From Pseudomonadota bacterium (GTDB lineage: Bacteria > Pseudomonadota > Gammaproteobacteria > Steroidobacterales > MnTg04), in contig JACZVC010000011.1 in assembly GCA_022572885.1 (NCBI GenBank), positions 1,055 to 65,054 on the forward strand: a stretch of 64,000 nt of DNA, written 5' to 3'. Shown in pieces: positions 46,325-55,021 of the stretch. The number at the start of each line of letters is the position of its first letter. Positions within the stretch are counted from its first letter, which is position 1. The notes beneath the pieces are model-generated. The model saw only the letters and a program-made list of their open reading frames with translations. It had not been told where the DNA came from and made no database searches. Both the position numbers and the translations under genes were made by a program.

Positions 46325-48463
46325 TCAGTTCAAAGATTCGCTGGATCCGCGCAGGCTCGCGGTGACCTGGCCATCCAGATTTGCCATATCTGCGACTATT
46401 TGCGCAGCTTCCTGGAGTATGAAATCCTGATTTTCGAGTTCTTCCAGTGCCTCGATCGAGTCCAGGGGCGGCAATCCGTGTTTAGCACGGCGAGTGTTTT
46501 CCCTCGCCAGGCGCTCTTCACGTATTTTTTGCTGCTGCTGGCGTCGCACTTCCAGGTTCAAAGAGACCGTATCCTGGTTGCGGATGTCTGCAAACGCAGC
46601 GTACTCGTCGATCAGAAAATTGAAATCGGGATCGGTCTTGGCCCGCAGCGAGTGGCTTTGGGCGATCAAATTGATGGCTTCACCAAGCTCGAGATCGACT
46701 GTGTAAGCTGTCGCATCGATATGGTCCCAGGGCAGGGCGCTCTCCCGGGTGCTTTCGCCAACCACGCTGGCATCGACCAGCGACGGCATTTCAATATCCG
46801 GATGTACGCCACGATGCTGGGTACTTTCCCCGCTGACCCGGTAAAACTTGCCTATCGTCAGTGTCAACTGACCAAAACCAGGGTCCGAAGTGCGCGGCGC
46901 GTACCTGTCCAGCGAATAAAGATTCTGGACCGAACCCTTGCCAAAGGTTCGCTGGCCCAGGATCACGCCCCTTTCATAGTCCTGGATAGCGGCGGCGAAA
47001 ATCTCGGACGCCGATGCGCTGAATCTATTGACCAGGACCCCGAGCGGTCCGTTGAACACTTCCCCAGGATTCGGGTCTTTGAGAATCTCGATTCTGCCAT
47101 TGGTCTGGCGGACCTGGACCACCGGTCCGTCTTCGATGAATAACCCGCTCAGTTCCTGCGCCTCGGTCAAGTGTCCGCCACCGTTGCTCCGCAGATCCAT
47201 GAGCAGTCCATCGATACCTTCTTTTTGCAATTCCTGCAACAGACGACGGACATCCCTGGTCGTGCTGGTGTAGTTTTCGTTACCCGACATTCTGGCTTCA
47301 AAATCCTGATAGAAACTCGGTACGGTAATCACGCCGATCCGCAATTCCTGGTCGCCACGCTGGATCGTAATGATTTCCTTCTGCGCGGCCTGCGCTTCGA
47401 GCTTTATTTTGTCTCTGACCAGCCGCAATATTCTTTCTTCCGAGCCCGGCACAGCGCCGGCCTCCAGGATCTGCAGACGCACAACGGTTCCCCCCGGCCC
47501 CCGAATCAGCTGGACCACATCATCCAGACGCCAGCCGACGACATCGACCATTTCGCCGTCCTCGTCCTGGCCGACGGCCGTGATCCGGTCGTTGGGCGCC
47601 AGGCTTCCGTCTATGGCCGCAGGGCCGCCGGGAAGGATATTCATCACCATTACGAAGTCGTCGTCGATTTGCAGGGATGCGCCTATGCCTTCATAAGAGA
47701 GGCTCATTTGAATCCGGTATTCTTCTGAAGTCCGTGGGAGCAGATAATTGGAATGAGGATCGAGCGTATGTGTGTAGGCGTTCATGAAAGATTCAAAAAC
47801 GTCGTCACTTTCGAGCTGGGCCAGGTTTTTCTGAGCCCTGGTGTATCTTTTCTCAAGAATTTCACGGGTTTCCGGCCAGTCTTTTCCGGTCAGGAACAAA
47901 CGCAAGGCGTCGCTCTTTACGCGTTGCCGCCAGAGGTCGTCCATTTCTTCGGGTGTATCGATCCAGTCGTTTCCCGAACGGTCGAACTGGTATTGTTCGT
48001 GCACCGAAAAATCCGGTTCTGTTTCCAGTAACCCCAGGCTATACGCGAGCCTGTTCGTATTGCGTTGCCTGAATACCGAGAAAATCCGGAACACAGGATC
48101 CAGGTTTCCGCTGCTGACGGCGTCGTCCAAAATTGTTCTGTACGACTCGAATCCCTGTATGTCCCTGGCGTAAAAAAACATCCGGTTGCCATCAAGGGTC
48201 TCCAGGAAACGGTCGAACACCTTGGATGACAATGCATCGTTGACCCGTGGCTCACTGTAATGATTGCGTTCGATAAATTTGGTTACCAGGCGGCTGACCG
48301 CACTGTGCCGATCGCTGTGCCGCAATTGGCCAGCGGATTGATCGTCGATTCCCGGAACTGCGCGCGCATCGTTAGCGGCCAGTGACAACAATATCAGCGA
48401 GGAAAACGCCAGGGTCAGTGCGAATTTCTTGGCAACGGCCATACTTTTCCTATCCTTATTCAT
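46325..48463 (-). CDS. prc: Carboxy-terminal processing (tail-specific) protease, S41 family
   Basis: About 712 aa from MNKDRK, with a signal peptide (...LSLAANDARA), a PDZ region, SASASEIFAAAIQD (Ser nucleophile) and TFGKGSVQ (Lys). Confidence 0.93.
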   Translation of the reverse strand: MNKDRKSMAVAKKFALTLAFSSLILLSLAANDARAVPGIDDQSAGQLRHSDRHSAVSRLVTKFIERNHYSEPRVNDALSSKVFDRFLETLDGNRMFFYARDIQGFESYRTILDDAVSSGNLDPVFRIFSVFRQRNTNRLAYSLGLLETEPDFSVHEQYQFDRSGNDWIDTPEEMDDLWRQRVKSDALRLFLTGKDWPETREILEKRYTRAQKNLAQLESDDVFESFMNAYTHTLDPHSNYLLPRTSEEYRIQMSLSYEGIGASLQIDDDFVMVMNILPGGPAAIDGSLAPNDRITAVGQDEDGEMVDVVGWRLDDVVQLIRGPGGTVVRLQILEAGAVPGSEERILRLVRDKIKLEAQAAQKEIITIQRGDQELRIGVITVPSFYQDFEARMSGNENYTSTTRDVRRLLQELQKEGIDGLLMDLRSNGGGHLTEAQELSGLFIEDGPVVQVRQTNGRIEILKDPNPGEVFNGPLGVLVNRFSASASEIFAAAIQDYERGVILGQRTFGKGSVQNLYSLDRYAPRTSDPGFGQLTLTIGKFYRVSGESTQHRGVHPDIEMPSLVDASVVGESTRESALPWDHIDATAYTVDLELGEAINLIAQSHSLRAKTDPDFNFLIDEYAAFADIRNQDTVSLNLEVRRQQQQKIREERLARENTRRAKHGLPPLDSIEALEELENQDFILQEAAQIVADMANLDGQVTASLRGSSESLN

Positions 48464-48571
48464 AGCGACATCAATCAGTCGCAATTCATTGCAACAGTCG
48501 CCTAAACTATGGGTTGTGCGGTCTGCAATCAAGCATCTGGTTAACGTTTTGGACAACTTCGGAGGGAAAAA

Positions 48572-48862
48572 ATGCTGCCATTGACCATAATTACCGCCAT
48601 TTTGCTCGGTTCAAGTGCAGCCATCACCGCCAGTTTGAGCGTTGTCGCGTTCCTGTTTTTCCTGATGGTCGATGAATATCCTCATTTGCAAGCCCAGTTT
48701 GTGCCGCTGCTCAAAGGCACAGGTCTGTTCCTTTTACTGACAATCTGTTGCGTGCTTGGTTTTTTTGGGCTGCTCAAAAAAACCATCTGGCGATGGTGGG
48801 GTCAGGCGTCAATGTGGACAATGCTGCTGGTCATCGGCCTTTATTACTGGCCCGGCCAATAA
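48572..48862 (+). CDS. Small integral membrane protein, unknown function
   Basis: 96 aa, three hydrophobic helices, strong SD GGAGGGA upstream. Confidence 0.65.
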   Translation: MLPLTIITAILLGSSAAITASLSVVAFLFFLMVDEYPHLQAQFVPLLKGTGLFLLLTICCVLGFFGLLKKTIWRWWGQASMWTMLLVIGLYYWPGQ

Positions 48863-48877
48863 AACGCTGGTCGGGGA

Positions 48878-49459
48878 CTAAAGCAGCGAGAACGGCGACC
48901 GGCCCCTACCGGATCGTCTCGACCGATCCCGGTCCCGGCGCCGGCGCCGGCGCATGCGTTGCTGAAGAGATATTCGTCTGTGTTTGAGCCATTCTTCACG
49001 GGATACATGATCCGCTTTGCCCAGCCTGCGTCTGCGGGTCTCTTCCGTGGCCCGGTATTTGCAAAAATCCTGATACGCCTCAATCTCATGCCTGAGTTCG
49101 CGCACAACGAGTTCGACCATGATCGCATCATCGAGAAATCCGAGTCCGGGAATATGGTCGGGTATCAAGTCCTCGGGCTCGCTGAAATATGCCAGGGCAT
49201 TCAGAATCCTGCTGATTTCCGTGGCCGGTAGGTTCCATTCCTCGTCCTGGATCATCTGCACCATGACTTCCAGTTTCATCAGCCGCTCGCTGATGAAATC
49301 CGGCGTCTTTACGGAGCGGACCTCGGCCAGCAGTTCGTTGGCAGCGCTGATGATTTCCTCGGCGCTGAGGTTTTTTGCCGCTGCGCGCGCTTCGCGCATA
49401 ATGGTCTGGAAATGTTTTAGATCGGAAGGAGCCAGTTCAAAAGTAATTCTCAGCGGCAT
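48878..49459 (-). CDS. DUF1232 (YkvA-like) domain protein with an Arg-rich C-terminal tail
   Basis: DLIPDHIPGLGFLDDAIMVELV matches the DUF1232 core. The tail is RMRRRRRRDRDRSRRSGRGRS. Start moved to the ATG at 49459, preceded by GGAGAG. Confidence 0.7.
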   Translation of the reverse strand: MPLRITFELAPSDLKHFQTIMREARAAAKNLSAEEIISAANELLAEVRSVKTPDFISERLMKLEVMVQMIQDEEWNLPATEISRILNALAYFSEPEDLIPDHIPGLGFLDDAIMVELVVRELRHEIEAYQDFCKYRATEETRRRRLGKADHVSREEWLKHRRISLQQRMRRRRRRDRDRSRRSGRGRSPFSLL

Positions 49460-49756
49460 GCCGTCTCTCCCCAAAGCGTATTGCCAATGGCGTATTGTTA
49501 TGGCTGGCAGCGTACCCGGCAAGCCACAGGTGGTCAATTATTCATGCCTTGCTGCCACTGGCTCGAGGCTACAGAGTTTGGCGATCACGCTATATGATTT
49601 TCGAATGGCACGGAAGACGGGAACTAGCCAGTGCTAAAATTGCCAAAAGTGTTAGCGCGGGCAATTGGGCTTGTAGTTTCCCGGGTATAGGTTCCAAATA
49701 GCCTTTATGGAGACCGGGAATCAGGGTCCGGTAGTTCGCAAAAGCGGTCGAACAAA

Positions 49757-50233
49757 ATGGCAAGAGACATCATGAGGAAAGTCAAAAATCGTTTTTTTGC
49801 CTCTGGGTTTATCCTGAGGCTTGTTGCAGTATGGATGCTGGCAGCCGCCATCGTGATGCTGGTCCTGGTTGTTGATAGCGCCCCGGTGGCAACGAAAAAT
49901 GATGCTTCGACAATGGCCCTCGTTGGCGATGGTACCGACCTCGTATTGCGAATTCGTGGCCTGCCTTATTCGCAGACCGCGAATCGTTATGGCAACCGGG
50001 TTGCGATGTTGGAAGCGCAACTGTTGATCAGGACCCGCCTGCTGACCGGAGAGAACGGCATTTCCAGGTTGCTGATTGACGCCAGGCTGGTTTCGAGCGA
50101 TGGACAGAAAATCTGGTCAAGCACGACGATCAGCGAGTATAAAGGGCTCGAGTTTGTCCAGGAAGAAATCGGCCGAACCCTGACCGAGGCAATGCAGTAC
50201 GTGGGCGTGGATGGCGGCAGGATTTCAATCTAA
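49757..50233 (+). CDS. Membrane-anchored hypothetical protein
   Basis: 158 aa, with one N-terminal TM helix (LVAVWMLAAAIVMLVLVV). Confidence 0.5.
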   Translation: MARDIMRKVKNRFFASGFILRLVAVWMLAAAIVMLVLVVDSAPVATKNDASTMALVGDGTDLVLRIRGLPYSQTANRYGNRVAMLEAQLLIRTRLLTGENGISRLLIDARLVSSDGQKIWSSTTISEYKGLEFVQEEIGRTLTEAMQYVGVDGGRISI

Positions 50234-50234
50234 A

Positions 50235-50507
50235 GTGAACAAGACTATCCTGACATCGCTGCTTTGTTTCTCGCTTTTGTCCGCCTGCGCGATCCGCGAA
50301 GAGCAAACCAGTCGCCGGACGGTCGACATGACTCATGTGAAATCGCTCAATCAGCAGGCAAAATTCCGTAACGTCGATATCATCTGGGTCAACCCGCCGA
50401 CCATCATAGAGAACGGAACAACAACCACAATAAAGATACCGTTACGAGGCGGGGATGCCGATTCCGTCAGCGACGCTGAGAAGAAAAAAAATCCGCAGCA
50501 ACAATAA
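50235..50507 (+). CDS. Small lipoprotein, unknown function
   Basis: A GTG immediately after the upstream stop gives VNKTILTSLLCFSLLSAC (lipobox). The ORF-track start at 50211 overlaps the previous gene. Confidence 0.5.
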   Translation: MNKTILTSLLCFSLLSACAIREEQTSRRTVDMTHVKSLNQQAKFRNVDIIWVNPPTIIENGTTTTIKIPLRGGDADSVSDAEKKKNPQQQ

Positions 50508-50588
50508 GCAGCATCGCACAAACCGGCCGGCAGCCTGCATCACAATGGTTTATGCTCCCCCGCGAGCTTTCCAACAGTGAGATCTGAC

Positions 50589-52241
50589 ATGTTCCAAGCG
50601 CCACGATGGCCATTATTAGTTTGCGTTTTGCTGGTTGCCTGCGAGTCCGCATCTCCCCCGGATGAAAATCTGTTCAGGTTCTCCGCGAGCCGTGTTTCGA
50701 CAGACGTGCAGCGGTTGGCATCGGATGAGTTTCAGGGCCGCGCGCCCGGAACCGAAGGGGAAAAAAGGGTTCTCGACTTTCTGGTCGCCCAATTTGAGGA
50801 TATTGGCCTGCAACCGGCTAACGCTGGCAGCTTTCTGCAAGCCGTGCCTTTGGTAAGTCTGACCGCCAGCCCCGACATGACTCTGGATATAGAGGGCCCG
50901 GAATTTTCGGCCCGTTATGCCGTGGGTAGCCAAACGACGCTATCGACCAAACGAGTGCAGCGGGAGATTACGCTGGATACCAGCGAAATGGTGTTTGTCG
51001 GCTATGGGATAGTGGCGCCCGAGTATGGCTGGGACGATTACGCCGCTGCCGATGTCCGCGGGAAAACCGTCGTCATCCTGGTCAACGATCCGGGTTTTGC
51101 GACCGCCGACCCGGAGCTTTTTCGCGGCAATACAATGACTTATTACGGTCGCTGGACCTACAAGTACGAAGAGGCGGCACGGCAGGGTGCGGCAGCTGCT
51201 TTGATCATCCACGAAACAGATGCGGCTGGTTATGGCTGGAACGTCGTCGCAACCGGTTGGTCGGGAGAGCGATTTGACCTGGTGCGCGCGGATGGCAACC
51301 AAAGCAGGGTGGCCGTAGAAGGCTGGCTGAGCGGAGCGACGGCATCAGAGATCCTCGCGGCTGCCGGACTCGACCTGGAATCCGCACGACAAATGGCGCT
51401 GGCCAGCGATTTTCAGGCGATTGAATTGGGGCTTACTGCGTCCACTCGATTGAGCAATGAAATCAAGACCCTGGACTCCAGTAATGTTGCGGGCCTGCTC
51501 GTGGGGACCAAGAGGCCCGGCGAAGTCATCATTTACATGGCGCATTGGGATCATCTGGGTATAAAGCCAAACCTGGAGGGAGACCAAATCTTTAACGGTG
51601 CGGTCGACAACGCAACCGGAACCGCCGCGATTATCGAGCTGGCGCGGGCGTTTTCCGCGATGGAGCCGGCGCCGGAAAGATCGATACTGTTCCTGGCCCT
51701 GACCGGTGAAGAATCCGGCCTGCTGGGTTCCGCGTGGTATGCGGAGCATCCGTTGTTCCCGCTGAACCAGACTGTCGCCGCTTTGAATTTCGATAGCCTG
51801 ATCACCGATGGCGCGACCCGGGACATTACCGTTTTTGGTCTCGGTAGTTCGGAACTCGAAGAATACCTTGCGCGGGCAGCGGCAAAGCAGGGCAGGGTGC
51901 CGGTCAACGAGCCGACGCCCGAAAAAGGGTATTTTTTCCGCTCAGATCATTTCAACCTGGCCAAGGTCGGCGTTCCCGTTTTGTACGCCGAGGCTGGAGT
52001 GGATAATCTGCAACATGGCCGCGAATGGGGTGTGGCGCGAATGCTGGATTACCGCCGCGACCGATATCATCAGGCCGCGGACGAATATAGCGCCGACTGG
52101 GACTGGGGTGGCGTTTTGCAGGATCTCGAGTTGTATTTCGAGATTGGCCGGGAGCTGGCAGCGGAGACCACTTTTCCGAACTGGTACGAGAAAAGCGAGT
52201 TCAGGGCCCGCCGTGACGAGAGCAGAAGTTCGGTGGACTGA
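50589..52241 (+). CDS. M28 family metallo-aminopeptidase lipoprotein (with PA domain)
   Basis: Lipobox LLVAC. Zn ligand motifs HWDHLG, GAVDNATG and TGEESGLLGS, plus FRSDHFNLAKVGVP. Confidence 0.9.
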   Translation: MFQAPRWPLLVCVLLVACESASPPDENLFRFSASRVSTDVQRLASDEFQGRAPGTEGEKRVLDFLVAQFEDIGLQPANAGSFLQAVPLVSLTASPDMTLDIEGPEFSARYAVGSQTTLSTKRVQREITLDTSEMVFVGYGIVAPEYGWDDYAAADVRGKTVVILVNDPGFATADPELFRGNTMTYYGRWTYKYEEAARQGAAAALIIHETDAAGYGWNVVATGWSGERFDLVRADGNQSRVAVEGWLSGATASEILAAAGLDLESARQMALASDFQAIELGLTASTRLSNEIKTLDSSNVAGLLVGTKRPGEVIIYMAHWDHLGIKPNLEGDQIFNGAVDNATGTAAIIELARAFSAMEPAPERSILFLALTGEESGLLGSAWYAEHPLFPLNQTVAALNFDSLITDGATRDITVFGLGSSELEEYLARAAAKQGRVPVNEPTPEKGYFFRSDHFNLAKVGVPVLYAEAGVDNLQHGREWGVARMLDYRRDRYHQAADEYSADWDWGGVLQDLELYFEIGRELAAETTFPNWYEKSEFRARRDESRSSVD

Positions 52242-52270
52242 TCCCACCCACCGAACCGAAAAGCCTTAAA

Positions 52271-52852
52271 TTATCTTGCCTCGGGTGACGACGCACCGCT
52301 GAGATCTTTTTTCTCGTAGGTCAATGACTCGGCGTGAACCAGGGGCGGCGAAAGCGGGCCGACGGGCCTGCTAGCGAGGCTGTCAGACCTCGTACCGGTC
52401 CGGTAAGCTCTTGGCCTGATTTTTTGCGAAAAGTTCAGCCCGGCAAATCCGTCGCTGTTGATGCCGAAGAAAATTTTTGAACCACTGGTCTGCCAAAAAG
52501 TAAACAACGGCAATTCTTCAATCCGAGAAATTTTCTGTACCCAGGATTGCTCTTCGCGGACCAGGAGATAGACAGTTTTATGCGTAAATTCGGTCCATTC
52601 GCTTGGCGAACCCTGTTGTCGGATGGCGCGCTGATCGGTGCCAATGACTGGGTGTAACCGAAAGGCGCGCCAGGAAGCCGGCGCAACTTGTTCGGCCTGA
52701 ACCTGGTAGACGCTATTCGCACACCAGCCGTCATTGCAGCCGACCGCAACCGGCATTAGAGCCGCCTGCAGTTCAGGTTGCTCCTGAGCATGCGCGGCGC
52801 AGGCCGCGGCCAGCGGGATCAATGGTATGAGCCAGGCTGCGATCCTTTTCAT
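52271..52852 (-). CDS. Secreted hypothetical protein
   Basis: 193 aa from MKRIAAWLIPLIPLAAACAAHA (signal peptide). No known motif. Confidence 0.55.
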   Translation of the reverse strand: MKRIAAWLIPLIPLAAACAAHAQEQPELQAALMPVAVGCNDGWCANSVYQVQAEQVAPASWRAFRLHPVIGTDQRAIRQQGSPSEWTEFTHKTVYLLVREEQSWVQKISRIEELPLFTFWQTSGSKIFFGINSDGFAGLNFSQKIRPRAYRTGTRSDSLASRPVGPLSPPLVHAESLTYEKKDLSGASSPEAR

Positions 52853-53374
52853 CCTGAGCTGTCCCCCGGATACTGAAAATGGCTTCGGGTCGTTTCTCAC
52901 CCTACCGGTCATCCAGCGGCAAGATGTAACGGCCGTCACATTCCTGCTCGCTCTGATTATGTCAAATTACTCGTAAACCATGGGCGGGGCACAAAACTAC
53001 GGCCAGACGTGCGCCTGGTGCGGCAAAGAGTGCGTCTTTTTAACGCCGGCAGCACTCTAAATACTGAGATCGGAAAGTTTCCTGAGGCACAGTTCACGAT
53101 GAACCATTTACAAAGACACAGTTTGCAGCTGCTCGGTCGGCAAGAAACATCAGCCCGTTCGACCAGGAGGATTATCGCCGCGCGCCGGCGAGTCGCGCCA
53201 GCGAACTGACAGGCGTTTCCCGCCAAGACTGAAATTGATGTCCTGCGGCTGGTTCGAGGCCGCTCCCCATGGCGTCGGGGCCATTCCCTGCCCGATTCTG
53301 TATCATACGCAACTTGACGCCGGTCCCTGAGCCTGGTTGAGGCCTGGGCTCGTCGCTATTAGGGGAGTTGCCAG

Positions 53375-54997
53375 ATGCCCGTCGTTTTTTTGATCGCGAT
53401 TTTATTGTTTTTACCGATGAACGGTCAGTCGGCAGACGTATTGATTGACCATGCGAACGGCTATGCGGACACTGAGCAACGATTTACCTGGATGACGATA
53501 CGCGATGGCCGGGTCGTCGCCATCGGCAACGGAGAGGCGCCGCAAGCCGAATATTCCAGCGTCGTCGATATGCAAGGCAAGACTTTGATGCCTGGGCTGA
53601 TCGACGCGCACGGACATGTACTGGGGCTGGGGCAGTACCGTATGCGAGTCGACCTGGTCGGTAGCGACAGTCTGCAACAGGCGCTGGGGAGAGTAACTGA
53701 ACAGGCCCCGCCGGGCACGGGCTGGGTTCTGGGCCGTGGCTGGAACCAGGTCCTGTGGCCGGGGAAAAAGTTTCCAACTGCTGCCGATCTTGACCGGGTA
53801 ATAGCCGACCGCCCGGTGTGGCTGGTTCGCATCGATGGTCACGCGGGTTGGGCGAACACACGGGCGCTGCAGATCGCCGGTATCGACAAATCGACGCCCG
53901 ACCCGGTCGGCGGGAAAATCCTTCGGGATGCCGAGGGCAACGCATCCGGCATATTCGTCGACGCCGCGATGGCGTTGATCGAACGAAACCTTGCCAGGCC
54001 TGGCGAGGATGAAATTCGCCATGCACTGGAAGTGGCGCAAAAAGAGCTGAACAGCCTGGGCATCACTTCCGTGCACGATGCCGGCGTGGATACGGAAACG
54101 CTGGCGGTCTATAAGGAAATGGTCGATGACGGTGAGCTGTCCGTGCGCATCTACGCAATGATTTCGGATGCCGGCGAGAACCTCGATGCCATCGGCAAGC
54201 CGCTGCTTTCATACGGTGGCGACCAGTTGACTGCGCGCAGCGTCAAGCTTTATATCGATGGGGCCCTGGGCAGCCGCGGGGCGGCGATGATTAGCGATTA
54301 CTGCGATGAGCCAGGCAACAAGGGCCTGGTATTCTCTAGCCAGGATGAACTCGACCGGATGGTGTCGAAGGCGCTGGGCATGGGGTTCCAGGTTGGTATT
54401 CATGCGATCGGCGATCTTGGCAACCGCATGGCCCTGGATGCTTTTGCAAAGGCTCAGCAAGGCGATAGCGTGCGCTATCGCAATCGAATAGAACATGCGC
54501 AAATCGTCGCACTTGAGGATATTCCCAGATTTGCCAGTCTTGGTGTCATCGCGTCCATGCAGCCTGTGCACGCGACCAGCGATAAAAACATGGCGGCCGA
54601 CCGGGTGGGCGAAAAACGCCTGGCCGGCGGGTACGCGTGGCGCAAGTTTCTCGATAGTGGGGCAGTCATCGCGGCGGGTTCTGATTTTCCCGTGGAATAT
54701 GCCAATCCGTTCCACGGTATTTACGCGGCGGTCACCCGGTTGGACCAAAACGGCGAGCCGCCCGGTGGCTGGTATCCGGGTGAGCGCATGACTCTGGCTG
54801 AGGCGGTGAGGGCATTTACTGTCGATGCCGCCTATGCGGCGTTTCAGGAGAATGAGCTCGGCGACCTGCAGCCAGGAAAATGGGCGGATTTCATCGTGCT
54901 CGATCGCGATTTATTCAAGGCGGATAAATCCGAGCTTTGGCAAATACAGGTTGAAGAAACCTGGCTGGCCGGCGTTCGTGTTTTTGCCCGTCAGTGA
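53375..54997 (+). CDS. Amidohydrolase family protein (YtcJ-like, amidohydrolase_3)
   Basis: 540 aa. Signal-like N-terminus, metal-binding PGLIDAHGHVLGLG, IHAIGD, and a C-terminal GSDFPVE. Confidence 0.9.
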   Translation: MPVVFLIAILLFLPMNGQSADVLIDHANGYADTEQRFTWMTIRDGRVVAIGNGEAPQAEYSSVVDMQGKTLMPGLIDAHGHVLGLGQYRMRVDLVGSDSLQQALGRVTEQAPPGTGWVLGRGWNQVLWPGKKFPTAADLDRVIADRPVWLVRIDGHAGWANTRALQIAGIDKSTPDPVGGKILRDAEGNASGIFVDAAMALIERNLARPGEDEIRHALEVAQKELNSLGITSVHDAGVDTETLAVYKEMVDDGELSVRIYAMISDAGENLDAIGKPLLSYGGDQLTARSVKLYIDGALGSRGAAMISDYCDEPGNKGLVFSSQDELDRMVSKALGMGFQVGIHAIGDLGNRMALDAFAKAQQGDSVRYRNRIEHAQIVALEDIPRFASLGVIASMQPVHATSDKNMAADRVGEKRLAGGYAWRKFLDSGAVIAAGSDFPVEYANPFHGIYAAVTRLDQNGEPPGGWYPGERMTLAEAVRAFTVDAAYAAFQENELGDLQPGKWADFIVLDRDLFKADKSELWQIQVEETWLAGVRVFARQ

Positions 54998-55021
54998 TTG
55001 ACTAGCCGCTAGCGGCAAGAC

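Noticed and set aside
49554-49560. GCCACTG (B12-box core), which might indicate a cobalamin riboswitch upstream of 49757-50233
   Set aside because: It is an isolated 7-mer without the other conserved riboswitch elements (the AGGGAA...GGTG...AA.CC region). Much of the upstream sequence is the 5' region of the divergent DUF1232 gene.
52957-53226. 89-aa minus-strand ORF and the overlapping 66-aa plus-strand ORF in the 435-nt gap
   Set aside because: Both translations are Arg/Cys-rich with no SD or motif support, and they overlap each other. They are kept only as part of the unexplained-gap finding.
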